A stretch of 64,000 nucleotides of DNA. Source: Candidatus Aadella gelida. GTDB lineage: Bacteria; Omnitrophota; Gorgyraeia; Tantalellales; Tantalellaceae. Numbering within the stretch: the first letter of the stretch is position 1; every line of letters starts with the position of its first letter. A program made the translations under genes and the position numbers. Below the pieces are notes generated by a model. The model had not been told where the DNA came from. It searched no databases and was given only the letters and a program-made list of their open reading frames with translations. Shown here one piece after another: positions 1 to 10,150 of this stretch. The DNA lies in the NCBI GenBank assembly GCA_030765205.1, contig JAVCDB010000106.1:906-64905 (forward strand). Direction: 5' to 3'.

Positions 1-246
1 CGAGTTTATCCGCTCTGTATGCTAAAAAAACTGTAATGAAAATAACGGAGATAACGGAGATAATAACAAAAAGACCCGGCCGATCCCCGAATGACCCGAA
101 AGCGGCCCCGGTATTATGAACAAGCGTAAGATGCAGAAAATTCTCGATCACGGGACGGCTGTCTCCCGAACGTAAAAGTTTTTCGGCATGAAATTTTAAA
201 AACTGATCCAGGAAACAAATAAACAACGATGTTATATAACATGCTG

Positions 247-660
247 CTATTTGCCTGAAGATTTTTCTTCCTTTTCCTGACATTCTATACAATGCTCCGC
301 CTGCGGCATAGCTTTTATACGTTGCTTGGAGATCGCCTGTCCGCATAAATTACATGTACCGTAAATTCCTTCGTCTACACGTTTGATCGCGTCGTCCAAT
401 GAATAAAGTATCTTTCTCTCTCCCTCGGCAAGTTCGAGAGAAAATTCTCTATCATAAAGATCTGTAGCCATGTCCGCCATGTGAAATGAGTATCCCGAAA
501 GATCCCCCGAGGCATCTTTGGAAGATTTATTTAGCGTATCTCCCTTAAGATTTATGAGTTCCTGCAATATCTCGGCTTTTTCTTTAACCAGACCTTTTCT
601 TATTTTTTCAAGATCCTGTTTTTTTAAAGTCTTTCCATTAGAGCTTTTCTTATTAACCAT
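247..660 (-). CDS. DksA/TraR-family C4 zinc-finger protein (YlyA-like, located after ileS)
   Basis: C-terminal CxxC...CxxC motif (CNLCGQ...CIECQ) in a 137-aa protein with a coiled-coil N-terminus. It sits directly downstream of ileS, as ylyA does in Bacillus. Confidence 0.7.
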   Translation of the reverse strand: MVNKKSSNGKTLKKQDLEKIRKGLVKEKAEILQELINLKGDTLNKSSKDASGDLSGYSFHMADMATDLYDREFSLELAEGERKILYSLDDAIKRVDEGIYGTCNLCGQAISKQRIKAMPQAEHCIECQEKEEKSSGK

Positions 661-664
661 TGGC

Positions 665-3484
665 TTATCTCCTTTCTGCCAGGATATTATAGCATCGTTC
701 GCACAAATCCTGAAAATCTTTATTAGTCCCTACACTCCCCGCGTAGTTCCAACATCTTGCGCACTTTTCACCTTCAGCTTTTTTTATTTTCACACTCATT
801 TTAATATCCTCGATCAAGGACATCCCGTCTTCTTTTGACTCAATTACTGAGACTTTTGATACTTTAAATATTCCAGGCAAGATACCCTTGTTCTCCATAA
901 TAAATTCTTTCATATTTTTATCATCTGAGTGCATAACTACAAGAGCTTCCATAGAACTTCCAATGATCCCATTTTCTCTTTCTAGTTCAAGTGCCTTCAT
1001 AATTTTGTCCCTAAGAACAAGTATCTTTTTCCATTTCCCATCAAGTTCTTTATTGGTCCATGCATCAGTCTCACCCGAGATACCCGGCCAATCAGCCATA
1101 TGAACACTTTCAGCTTTTCCGGGAAACTCGATATAACTCCAGACTTCATCCGCCGTAAATGGCATTATAGGCGCCATGAGACGGTCTAAAACACTTAATA
1201 TGTTAAAAATAGTCGTTTGATGCGATCTTCTCTCCTCTGAATCAGGCTTAAGTATATACAAGGTATCTTTCAAGACATCTAAATAGAATGAAGAAACTTC
1301 ATAAACACAAAAGTCATAGACTTCACGGTATACGCGGTGAAATTCCCATTTGTCATAATACCCTGTAACACGTGTAACTAGCCCTGAAAGCTGTGACAAC
1401 ATCCATTTATCCATTTCTGTTAAGCTGGCCGTTTCTAGCATATCCGTATTAGCATCAAAATCATATAGATTACTTAACAAAAACCTAAAAGTATTCCTCA
1501 TTTTTCTATATCCGTCAGCAAGGCGATCCAATATTTCATCAGAAAGTTTTATGTCACCGTCATAATCGCTTGATGCTACCCATAACCTCAATATATCAGC
1601 GCCATATTTTTTGATAACTTCCTGCGGTTTTATAACATTTCCAAGCGACTTTGACATTTTTTTACCTTCACCATCAACAACAAAACCATGTGTAAGCACT
1701 TCCTTATACGGGGGTTTGCCTTCATTCGCCATAGAGGTTATCAAGGCCGACTGAAACCATCCTCTATGCTGATCGGATCCTTCAAGGTAAAGATCGGCCG
1801 GAAATTTTAAATTCTTTCTAGCTTTAAGAACGGCTCTATGACTAACTCCTGAATCAAACCATACATCCAGAATATCCTCTTCTTTTTCAAACTCTTTCTT
1901 CCCGCAACCACCACAAACCGAACCCTGTGGCAGGAGATCGGAAACTTCTTTCTCAAACCAAACATTAGAACCTTCTTCTCGAGTAAAATCTGCTGCTCGT
2001 TTGATTACCTCTGCATTCGTGAATGTCTCTCCGCAGGACGCACATTTAAAAGAAGGTATAGGTACTCCCCAAAATCTTTGACGGGAAAGACACCAGTCGG
2101 GCCTTCCTTCTACCATAGAAGCAATTCTCTCTTCTCCTCTTTCAGGGGTCCATTTTACATCGTCCTTGATGGCATCCTTTATTTTACTTCTGAGATCATT
2201 ATGATCCACATTCATAAACCACTGTTCTGTTGCTCTGAAAATTATCGGTTCCTTACATCTCCAGCAATGCGGGTATGAATGCATAACGGTCTCTGAAAAT
2301 ATTAATGTGCCAAGCTTTTTCATTGTATCTATGATCAAAGGGTTGGATTCTATAACACCTTTCCCCTCAAAATCTCCTGCCTCGTCACTAAACTTGCCTT
2401 TATCATCAACTGGCATTATTACGGGCAGGAAATATTTCTTGCCTACAATGTAGTCTTCCTGTCCATGCCCCGGAGCTATATGCACACATCCTGTCCCATC
2501 TTCTTTCGTTACATAGTCTGCAAGAACAAGCTGTGATTGTCTATCAATAAAAGGATGTTTAAGATCCTTAAATCTTCCGGGAATATCTTTACCCAGTAAA
2601 GTTTCTAGTACCGCATGGGATTCGGTACCCGTCTTTTCCATAAGGGGCTTTACTAAATCTTCAGCAAATATCAAGACTTCACTATCAGTCTCAACCGCAG
2701 CATATCTAAAATCTGGATGAACTGCTACTGCAACGTTTGCAATTAAAGTCCATGGCGTGGTTGTCCATACAGCAAAAAATGTCGATTTCCCGTTAAGCTT
2801 CTCTTTAGTCTCAAATTTTACATATATAGACGGAGACTCTTTGTCTTCATATTCAACTTCAGCTTCCGCCAAGGCTGTCTCACAGCTGCTGCACCAATTA
2901 ACCGGTTTAAGTCCTTTGTATATATATCCTTTTTCATAAAGTTCAGCTAGAGAATCCAGGATATCCGCCTCATAATCTTTTGTAAGCGTAAGATACGGAT
3001 TATCCCATTCCCCAAGTATTCCTAAACGCTTAAATTCTTCAGCCTGTATCTTTACAAATTTAGAAGCATATTTGTAAGCTTTCTTACGAAAAATAACTTT
3101 ATCGATATCATGCTTTGTAATGTTAAGTTCTTTAAAAAGCTGATGCTCGACCGGTAACCCATGACAATCCCATCCGGGAACGTAAGGAGCCTTATATCCT
3201 AACATAGTGAAATATTTGATACACATATCTTTAAGTGTTTTATTGAGAGCATGTCCCACATGTATATGCCCATTAGCATACGGAGGTCCATCGTGAAGTA
3301 TAAAGGTCTTTTCTGAATCTTTCCTCTTCTCCAGGATAGACTCGTAAAGATTCTCATCAGTCCATTTTTTCAAAGTCTCAGGCTCCCTTTGCGGAAGATT
3401 AGCCTTCATTGAAAATCCGGTTTTCGGAAGATTCAGCGTATCTTTATAGTTAGGTTTCTCAGACTTTTTACTTTTTACATCCAT
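665..3484 (-). CDS. ileS: Isoleucine--tRNA ligase (type 1, with C-terminal zinc finger)
   Basis: HIGH motif (PPYANGHIHVGHA), KMSKS motif, and a C-terminal CARCW...CERC zinc ribbon. 939 aa. Confidence 0.95.
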   Translation of the reverse strand: MDVKSKKSEKPNYKDTLNLPKTGFSMKANLPQREPETLKKWTDENLYESILEKRKDSEKTFILHDGPPYANGHIHVGHALNKTLKDMCIKYFTMLGYKAPYVPGWDCHGLPVEHQLFKELNITKHDIDKVIFRKKAYKYASKFVKIQAEEFKRLGILGEWDNPYLTLTKDYEADILDSLAELYEKGYIYKGLKPVNWCSSCETALAEAEVEYEDKESPSIYVKFETKEKLNGKSTFFAVWTTTPWTLIANVAVAVHPDFRYAAVETDSEVLIFAEDLVKPLMEKTGTESHAVLETLLGKDIPGRFKDLKHPFIDRQSQLVLADYVTKEDGTGCVHIAPGHGQEDYIVGKKYFLPVIMPVDDKGKFSDEAGDFEGKGVIESNPLIIDTMKKLGTLIFSETVMHSYPHCWRCKEPIIFRATEQWFMNVDHNDLRSKIKDAIKDDVKWTPERGEERIASMVEGRPDWCLSRQRFWGVPIPSFKCASCGETFTNAEVIKRAADFTREEGSNVWFEKEVSDLLPQGSVCGGCGKKEFEKEEDILDVWFDSGVSHRAVLKARKNLKFPADLYLEGSDQHRGWFQSALITSMANEGKPPYKEVLTHGFVVDGEGKKMSKSLGNVIKPQEVIKKYGADILRLWVASSDYDGDIKLSDEILDRLADGYRKMRNTFRFLLSNLYDFDANTDMLETASLTEMDKWMLSQLSGLVTRVTGYYDKWEFHRVYREVYDFCVYEVSSFYLDVLKDTLYILKPDSEERRSHQTTIFNILSVLDRLMAPIMPFTADEVWSYIEFPGKAESVHMADWPGISGETDAWTNKELDGKWKKILVLRDKIMKALELERENGIIGSSMEALVVMHSDDKNMKEFIMENKGILPGIFKVSKVSVIESKEDGMSLIEDIKMSVKIKKAEGEKCARCWNYAGSVGTNKDFQDLCERCYNILAERR

Positions 3485-3531
3485 TTTTTATTTTCTCGCT
3501 CCGCTTGCTAGCCTTAATGCTAGGTCTGTTC

Positions 3532-4395
3532 TTAAATAAACCCTTCTATTATGGGTTTTAGTTTATCTAATGTCTCTTGAGGCACCTGATCTTTAGGTGT
3601 GATTATTGTGTTCTCTAAAGCCTTCGAACATCCACAGGCAGAACATTCTGACATATTACTGATAGTATTGATCAACATCTTCTTGGCTGTCTCAACGTTC
3701 TTGTTCAATGTTTCTATGATCATCTCTATGGTTACGCTTTCCGATCCGTCTTCTGTCCTCCAGCAATCATAATCTGTTACCATCGCCATCGTAGAGTAAC
3801 ATATACCTGCTTCTCTTGCTAAACGTGCCTCGGGCATATTTGTCATGCCAATAATATCCATACCCCACTTTCGATAAAGTTCTGATTCCGCTCTTGTAGA
3901 AAATGCCGGACCCTCCATATTCAAATATGTCCCTCCGTCATGTATTTTCACTTCAAGGTCTTTATTGCTCCTCATAATCAGATCTTTAAGAGAAAGACAA
4001 ACCGGATCCGCAAAAGGAACATGTGCCACTATTCCATCTCCAAAAAAAGTAGTCGCGCGAGCCTGGTTTGTTCTATCAACAAATTGATCCACAAGCAAAA
4101 CGTCCAACGGACGTATCTCTTCTTTTAGGCTTCCCACAGCCGAAACTGAGATCAATTTATCCACACCCAAAACTTTAAACGCGTAAATGTTTGCTCTAAA
4201 ATTTATTTCACTAGGCATAACCCGGTGTCCGCGTCCATGCCTTGGAAGAAATACAACTTCCTGATTTCCCATCTTTCCGACAACAAATTCATCGGATGGT
4301 TCCCCGAATGGTGTCTTGACTTTTTTTCGTTCGGTAACTTCAAGACCTTCAAGATTATAAAGCGCACTTCCACCGATAATTCCTATTTTATTCAT
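3532..4395 (-). CDS. mtnP: S-methyl-5'-thioadenosine phosphorylase (PNP family)
   Basis: N-terminal IGIIGGSA...EVVFLPRHGRGH and MTAP/PNP-family motifs. 287 aa, with a short Cys-containing C-terminal tail. Confidence 0.8.
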   Translation of the reverse strand: MNKIGIIGGSALYNLEGLEVTERKKVKTPFGEPSDEFVVGKMGNQEVVFLPRHGRGHRVMPSEINFRANIYAFKVLGVDKLISVSAVGSLKEEIRPLDVLLVDQFVDRTNQARATTFFGDGIVAHVPFADPVCLSLKDLIMRSNKDLEVKIHDGGTYLNMEGPAFSTRAESELYRKWGMDIIGMTNMPEARLAREAGICYSTMAMVTDYDCWRTEDGSESVTIEMIIETLNKNVETAKKMLINTISNMSECSACGCSKALENTIITPKDQVPQETLDKLKPIIEGFI

Positions 4396-4403
4396 ATGCT
4401 TGC

Positions 4404-4625
4404 CTATTTATTTATTGCTATTACCTTATTCCTTGATGTCGTTCCCTTGATAATAGTTACATCCCTTTTTTTAACACCATATTCTTTTGCCAAGAGATCT
4501 ATAACGGCCTTGTTGGCTTTGCCTTTATCCGGGGCGGCATTTATATAGACTTTCACGATCTCTTCCGACCGTACAACCTTCTCTGTTTTCGATTTAGGAA
4601 AAACCTTTATTTCGAGTTTCATCAT
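4404..4625 (-). CDS. DUF167 (YggU-family) protein
   Basis: 73-aa protein of YggU/DUF167 type. Its coding region overlaps yggT by 4 bp, matching the conserved yggT-yggU pairing. Confidence 0.6.
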   Translation of the reverse strand: MMKLEIKVFPKSKTEKVVRSEEIVKVYINAAPDKGKANKAVIDLLAKEYGVKKRDVTIIKGTTSRNKVIAINK

Positions 4626-4918
4626 CCAAGCCTATTGGCTATTTGGTACAAAATATTTACGACAAAACTTTTCACAACATTAAGAGCTATAAAGGCTACA
4701 ATAGGTGAAAAATCTATCCCTCCCGCCTGTAAAGGAAGTCTTCTGAACGGTGCCAGTATGGGGTCCGTTACTTTGTATATAATTCTCACTATCTCATTAT
4801 ACGTATCTGCCCCTACCCAAGAGAGGATTATCCTCGCAACTAGCAGAAAATATACTATATTTAAAACTAGAGAGATCAAAAGTGCCAAACTTCTGATTAT
4901 TTCTCCAAGAATGAACAT
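4622..4918 (-). CDS. yggT: YggT-family membrane protein (Ylmg-like, cell-division associated)
   Basis: 98 aa with two hydrophobic segments. Conserved position beside proC and the division cluster. Confidence 0.65.
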   Translation of the reverse strand: MFILGEIIRSLALLISLVLNIVYFLLVARIILSWVGADTYNEIVRIIYKVTDPILAPFRRLPLQAGGIDFSPIVAFIALNVVKSFVVNILYQIANRLG

Positions 4919-4920
4919 GT

Positions 4921-5718
4921 TTACCCTCCTGATATCTCTTTGGACCGATCCTTTGCCATCAATATAGCTTCTTTAATAGCAACCCCGACCTTCTTGTCAT
5001 TAAGAACATTAAGCGCAGATTCGGTAGTACCGCCTTTCGAAGCGACTTTATCTATAAGCTCACTGGGATTTGACCCTGAAGACATTAGAAAATTCCCTGA
5101 TCCTTCAATAGTTCCAAAAACAAGTTGTTTGGCCTTTTCAGCAGAGATTCCCATCTCTACACCGGCCTCTATCATCGCTTGAGCAAGATAAAAAAGATAT
5201 GCCGGTCCCGAACCCGACAAAGCCGTAACCGCATCCATTTGAGTCTCTTCTATCTCAACTACAGTTCCTATGCTTTTGAATATCCCGATAATAGCCTCTT
5301 TATGCTCGTCAGTGATGGAATCAGAAAAAGAAATGCCCGTAACACTTCTCCCAATAAAAGCCGCCATATTGGGCATAGCTCTAACAACGGGGACTTTTCT
5401 GTCTACATACCCTAATATCCCGGAAATATTTACCCCTGCCATAACAGACACTAATACCTGTCCGTCAAGTTTCCCTCTTAATTTTTCCATAAAATCTTGT
5501 GAATCCTGGGGTTTTATAGCAATAAGAATAACATCGCAATTACCAAGGATCTCATCTAGTCCCGCCGAAAAAGCCCCGATCTCCCCTGCAAGCTTGTCCA
5601 TCTTTTCTGCAGCTGCATCGTTCAAGAACACAGAGTCCGGCAAAAGGATATTATTCTTTATTATCCCCTGTACGATAGCTCTGCCCATGTTCCCGCAACC
5701 TATGACACCCAGTTTCAT
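4921..5718 (-). CDS. proC: Pyrroline-5-carboxylate reductase
   Basis: MKLGVIGCGNMGRAI Rossmann motif. Start moved to the internal ATG at 5716-5718; the longer track ORF runs through the upstream noncoding repeat. Confidence 0.85.
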   Translation of the reverse strand: MKLGVIGCGNMGRAIVQGIIKNNILLPDSVFLNDAAAEKMDKLAGEIGAFSAGLDEILGNCDVILIAIKPQDSQDFMEKLRGKLDGQVLVSVMAGVNISGILGYVDRKVPVVRAMPNMAAFIGRSVTGISFSDSITDEHKEAIIGIFKSIGTVVEIEETQMDAVTALSGSGPAYLFYLAQAMIEAGVEMGISAEKAKQLVFGTIEGSGNFLMSSGSNPSELIDKVASKGGTTESALNVLNDKKVGVAIKEAILMAKDRSKEISGG

Positions 5719-5922
5719 TTTACCCTGCCTTGTTTGACTATTTTCATAACTCAAGTCATTATATCTACAATGCTTCCGTACCTTTTTTGTGTTTTCTTGC
5801 CCTATACGCACCTTTGCCCACGAGAAGCAATGGTTAAAATTATCATAATCTATCCATTATGTCAAATAAGATTAATATATATAGAGGAACATCCAAATAA
5901 CTGTCCCTATGATCTTTATAAC

Positions 5923-6066
5923 TGTAACCCCAAGGGGTGAGTATTCCATCTTTTTTGTCGAAAAGTCGAAACACGGAGATTTCGACACACCTCGGACATT
6001 ACGTCCTCAGCGCCTCGTCCTTCGGACTGCGGAACTCGCTGCGAATACTCACCCCTTGGGGTTACA
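5923..6066. repeat. 144-bp element bounded by perfect 23-bp inverted repeats (gtaaccccaaggggtgagtattc ... gaatactcaccccttggggttac); MITE-like, or a cruciform/structured RNA
   Basis: Read directly: copy at 5923-5945, reverse complement at 6044-6066. The interior contains nested small hairpins (gtccttcggac with a UUCG loop, ggacattacgtcc). Confidence 0.6.
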
Positions 6067-6240
6067 AAGCTAGTGCACCGGGACGGGACAGCCACAAAAT
6101 TTTTGATATAATGATTCGAAAATACAGAAATATGAGAGAGCAAAATAGGAAGCCTGGGGGATTCAGTCCGCAAAGGCGGACCTTCCAAGAAAAGATAGCA
6201 TAGCATTCGGGGTTCAACATTTATCTACATATCAATCGCA

Positions 6241-6285
6241 TATCGGTCAATATGTGTCTATAGTCAATGGTCTATAGTCTACACT
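6241..6285. repeat. Solo terminal segment of the heptad MITE-like family (tctatagtcaatggtctatagtcta)
   Basis: Matches the right terminus of the elements at 26120-26170 and 28030-28075. Confidence 0.55.
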
Positions 6286-6301
6286 GGTAACTAGGGGCCA
6301 C

Positions 6302-7345
6302 TCAAAAATATCTGTCTAGGAAAGTAGTAACGACGTGGCCGGCTCTTTTCATGATACTATCGGACCTATTATACTTTTTTCTTTCATTATACAAATGATC
6401 GATAATGCCAAGTGTTCCAATATAACCTATTCTTTCTTGCGGCAATTTTTCAAAAGGGCGTACCGCGCATATTCCGTTTTTTGCGGGTAATCCAAAAACA
6501 TCTTCAATAGCTTCGATCGTTTTGTCAGGAACATCGCTTTCAGCGGTAACAAAAATCCTTCTGACATTATCAGATCCCGGAACATCTCTTACTTTGTCAT
6601 AAAGTTTTTGCAAAGCCCCCTGATCTATTTCATTCTCATTGACAATAATATCTTTCCCTCCTACCGGAAAAACGCGGCATCCTGACAGTACTCCACCATT
6701 AAAAACCATTACCTCGCTGATATCCTTTCTGATATTCAGAAGCATCGAACCCTTTTGCATATCTTCCTCGGAAAGTATCCTGTACGATGCCGCCAAACCG
6801 GAAAAAATGAACCCAGCTGGAACAAATCCCGCGTCTGAAATGCAGTTATGTACATTGCGAACGGCAGAGGATTTTATTGTGAGGATATTTATTTGTGATT
6901 CCAGTTTTACAGCTTCAAGATTAAGTGGGTTCTTGATCCCCACTTCACCGTCCACGATAAAATCCTGTATAATCCTGTGAAGAGGCTCCCTGTCAAGAGG
7001 TATACGTATTGTCGACGCTATTTCAACACACTTCCTTATGTCCCTATCTAATATCTCATGCCCATGCTTCGATATTAAGAGAGATCCTGATCCTGCCATC
7101 GCCTCAAGAGAAACCGAGCTGATCCCTGCATATATCTCGCGTATCCCACTATTGCCAAGTTTTTTAATGGCTTTACCCACAGTACGAATAGCTTCTGTCA
7201 TATCTGAAACAGTTCCCATAGAAAACCCATCGGAAGGCACACGAGAAAACCCGTCAATGGTATAGTCTCCATTCTTATTCCACCTTACAGCAACAGCCGT
7301 TAAATACGCATCTCCAATATTGATAGCAGCAAACTCTCTATTCAT
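6302..7345 (-). CDS. ftsA: Cell division protein FtsA (compact form, 347 aa)
   Basis: Actin-like ATPase; the blocks LHRIIQDFIVDG...GIKNP and FIFSGLAASY align with E. coli FtsA. The 2B region and C-terminal tail are shorter. Last gene of the dcw cluster. Confidence 0.8.
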   Translation of the reverse strand: MNREFAAINIGDAYLTAVAVRWNKNGDYTIDGFSRVPSDGFSMGTVSDMTEAIRTVGKAIKKLGNSGIREIYAGISSVSLEAMAGSGSLLISKHGHEILDRDIRKCVEIASTIRIPLDREPLHRIIQDFIVDGEVGIKNPLNLEAVKLESQINILTIKSSAVRNVHNCISDAGFVPAGFIFSGLAASYRILSEEDMQKGSMLLNIRKDISEVMVFNGGVLSGCRVFPVGGKDIIVNENEIDQGALQKLYDKVRDVPGSDNVRRIFVTAESDVPDKTIEAIEDVFGLPAKNGICAVRPFEKLPQERIGYIGTLGIIDHLYNERKKYNRSDSIMKRAGHVVTTFLDRYF

Positions 7346-7458
7346 ATCTCCTTTCTCCCCTTAATTGCACCCTTGAGATCCTTCGATTCTCTCAGGATGA
7401 GTTCGACCATACCCCCGTCGCTTTGCTCCGCAAAGCGGAGCAGCGGGGGTGGTCTCAC

Positions 7459-8241
7459 TCACTTTGGTGAAATTACTGCGTCTTCAAACCTGAGGTCGAT
7501 ATAATTCATATCCCTAATGTCCATTTCCGGGTCAGGCATGATCTCTCTAAGGTTCTTCATCTTACTAAGATATCCATCAGAGCCCATTTTTATCTCGACT
7601 CCTTTTACCGACAATATTGTATTCCGGTTATCGGATACGTCGATATAATCAATATTCCCTTTTACTTCAGGCAATATCTTGTCTATTCCTCTCATTAAGA
7701 GAAGAGCTTTTTCCAGATTCTTGTTTTTGACAAAAGTTTCTTTTGCAGGGGATCTGAAGAAAAAAGTTATTCCTTTTATTTTTGTAAGATTTTCGGGAGT
7801 TTCCCCTACGTCGATAACAAACCCTTCTATATCTACAACAATCCCTCCCATAGCATCAATAACAGCTACAGGCTCACGCGCAGTTATATCTATCTCAAGA
7901 ACATCCGGCAAGATCCGTCGCACCTCGACGTTCCTGAAAGTACGGAAATCATTATTAATAAGATCCTCTGCTTGTTTCAAGTTCACGGTGAAAATATTTC
8001 GCCCCGCATATCGTTTTTGTATTTTTCTGTTATCAGAATCTACAATATACCCCTTAACATTGTTAATAACCACTTTTCGAATATCAAAGCCTCTACTGTT
8101 ATACACAAAGTACCTTACTAGAAATCCCATCATAACAATTAACGCTATACCCGTTATCATCAGAATCACGTTCCTGTTCTCGAAAATGGTAACAAATGAA
8201 AACGATCCTCTTTTTTTCTTTTTGTTGCGTTTCTTGGCCAC
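7459..8241 (-). CDS. ftsQ: Cell division protein FtsQ/DivIB
   Basis: Basic N-terminus followed by a single TM and a POTRA-like domain. Sits between ddl and ftsA. Confidence 0.75.
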   Translation of the reverse strand: MAKKRNKKKKRGSFSFVTIFENRNVILMITGIALIVMMGFLVRYFVYNSRGFDIRKVVINNVKGYIVDSDNRKIQKRYAGRNIFTVNLKQAEDLINNDFRTFRNVEVRRILPDVLEIDITAREPVAVIDAMGGIVVDIEGFVIDVGETPENLTKIKGITFFFRSPAKETFVKNKNLEKALLLMRGIDKILPEVKGNIDYIDVSDNRNTILSVKGVEIKMGSDGYLSKMKNLREIMPDPEMDIRDMNYIDLRFEDAVISPK

Positions 8242-8282
8242 TTTTCCCCCTATTTACATTTAACTCTTGATCTTTTTAGTAA

Positions 8283-9221
8283 TCATCCTTCTGCGGTGTC
8301 ATCAAATGCCGCAAGAAGCATTTTAACACATAGTTCGTAAAAATCCAGACCCTCTTGCCTGGCTGCCATCGGCAAAAGGCTCCTATGGGTGAGACCGGGT
8401 ATGGTATTAACTTCCAGAACATGTATGTTCTTATCGTCTTCGACTATCATATCCACTCTTGAAAACCCCTTACAACCTAACGCATCATGCGCCTTTACCC
8501 CGTATTTCTGAGCCTTTTCATAAATGTCTTTTTTAAATTCTGCCGGAACAAGATATCTTGTTTTATCTGACAAATATTTAGAATCAAAATCATAAGTCCC
8601 GCCTGACGGAACGATCTCAACGATAGGTAGGGCTCTTCCCTTTAGTATCCCCACCGTTATTTCTCGCCCGGGGACAAACCTTTCGACTATCATATCCATA
8701 CCATATTTCAGGGCTTCCTCTATAGCCTGTTCGATCTCAGTTTCCTCAAACACTACCGACAAACCCATGCTTGATCCTTCTAACCTAGGTTTCACTACAA
8801 ATGGTATTTCCATGCCAAGGGATAATACCTCTTCAAAAGATCTTGCAACCTTGTATTCCGGCGAAGGTATTCCTTCCCGGAAAAATATTCTTTTTGATTC
8901 AAGCTTGTCAAATGCAGCTCTTGAAGCTTCTGGCCCGGATCCCGTATATGGAATCTTCATTTGAGATAACATATGCTGCACCGTCCCATCCTCACCAAAA
9001 GATCCGTGCAGGGCAATAAAAGCTACATCTATTTTGGTCTGCTCGATCGATGAGGCAAGATTTACTTCGTTCACATCACAAAGGATTGCGTCAAGCCCGG
9101 CTTGTTTGAAAGCATTGAAGACTTCTTTCCCGCTTCGGAGGCTTATCTCTCTTTCACTTGATGCCCCTCCGGCCAAAATACCAATTTTGAGTTTTTTTAA
9201 TGCCTCTATCCCTTTGGACAT
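8283..9221 (-). CDS. ddl: D-alanine--D-alanine ligase
   Basis: ATP-grasp motifs; 312 aa; dcw-cluster position. Confidence 0.9.
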   Translation of the reverse strand: MSKGIEALKKLKIGILAGGASSEREISLRSGKEVFNAFKQAGLDAILCDVNEVNLASSIEQTKIDVAFIALHGSFGEDGTVQHMLSQMKIPYTGSGPEASRAAFDKLESKRIFFREGIPSPEYKVARSFEEVLSLGMEIPFVVKPRLEGSSMGLSVVFEETEIEQAIEEALKYGMDMIVERFVPGREITVGILKGRALPIVEIVPSGGTYDFDSKYLSDKTRYLVPAEFKKDIYEKAQKYGVKAHDALGCKGFSRVDMIVEDDKNIHVLEVNTIPGLTHRSLLPMAARQEGLDFYELCVKMLLAAFDDTAEG

Positions 9222-9237
9222 TATTCTTGCCTCCGAA

Positions 9238-10149
9238 TCACCATATCTCTATCTCGGGTTCCAGTTCTACCGCAAATTCTTTTTTCACTCTTCCTTTCAC
9301 ATCTTCAATAAGAGAAACAATATCAGAAGATCTTGCGGACCCAGCATTTACTATAAAATTTGCATGTTTATTCGATATAATCGCATCTCCGCATTTCTTG
9401 TTTTTCATCCCAGCAAGCTCTATCAGCTCTCCTGCCGAAAATTTATGTGCTTCAGGATTCTTAAAAATACATCCTAATGTTTTTTCGTTTAGAGGCTGTT
9501 TTTTTATTTTTTCCGAAAAACATGTTTCAATCTTTTTTTTAGCATCTATCTCATTGCACCTTGTTAGCTGAAATTCCGCACTAATTATTATCCTATCTTT
9601 ACCCAGAGAAGAACAATGATATCCAAAAATAATATCTTTCTTATCAATTTCAACTTTTTTATAAAATTCATCAATAACATTTATTTTTATCAAATTGCCG
9701 CTGATAATATCCTTGTATCCGGCATTCGTTATAACCGCCCCTCCCACAGTAGCTGGAATACCTACGAGTCCCTCAAGCCCCGAAAGACCCTGTTTTGAAG
9801 ATCTTGCAATAAGTTCTTCCAGCCATACCCCGCCTCCGGCAAATACCTTTGTCCCGTCGAACGCTATCTCCCGAAAATCACCCCTGTTCAGGATAAAAAT
9901 AACCTTATCCAGATATCCATCCGGCATCAGAACATTGCTTCCCCGGCCGATAACTCCTGTCTTCATGCCAGCACTATCAAGGAACCTCTTAGCCTCGATC
10001 ATTTCCTCAAAATTTTGCGGCATATATACTGCAAAGACAGATCCTCCTGTCTTCATAGTATTACATCTTGAAAGCTGGTATTCAAACTCTACTTTTCCGC
10101 CAAACTTATCACTTATCTCTTTCAATGTTTTCTTGATATTGTCTTTCAT
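9238..10149 (-). CDS. murB: UDP-N-acetylenolpyruvoylglucosamine reductase
   Basis: FAD-binding MurB family; 303 aa. Confidence 0.85.
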   Translation of the reverse strand: MKDNIKKTLKEISDKFGGKVEFEYQLSRCNTMKTGGSVFAVYMPQNFEEMIEAKRFLDSAGMKTGVIGRGSNVLMPDGYLDKVIFILNRGDFREIAFDGTKVFAGGGVWLEELIARSSKQGLSGLEGLVGIPATVGGAVITNAGYKDIISGNLIKINVIDEFYKKVEIDKKDIIFGYHCSSLGKDRIIISAEFQLTRCNEIDAKKKIETCFSEKIKKQPLNEKTLGCIFKNPEAHKFSAGELIELAGMKNKKCGDAIISNKHANFIVNAGSARSSDIVSLIEDVKGRVKKEFAVELEPEIEIW

Positions 10150-10150
10150 G

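Noticed and set aside
3532-3660. Cys-rich C-terminal tail of MtnP (ECSACGCS) as a fused metal-binding domain
   Set aside because: Short CxC-containing C-termini occur in some MTAP/PNP family members and the total length is normal. This is not strong enough to call a novelty.
5916-6206. Mirrored ~90-aa ORFs on both strands (5916..6206 minus, 5937..6203 plus)
   Set aside because: They are an artefact of the perfect 23-bp inverted repeat and GC-rich interior. Each reads straight through the palindrome, with no RBS and no homology.
5900-6230. tmRNA, RNase P RNA, SRP RNA or 6S RNA at the ftsA-proC spacer
   Set aside because: The region is GC-rich and structured. However, it has no tRNA-like 3' end (GGTTCGANTCC...CCA), no RNase P CR-I or CR-V (GGAAAGTCCGGGC, ACAGAANCCGGCTTA), and no SRP domain-IV consensus. 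It cannot be assigned by eye and is left as a generic structured element.
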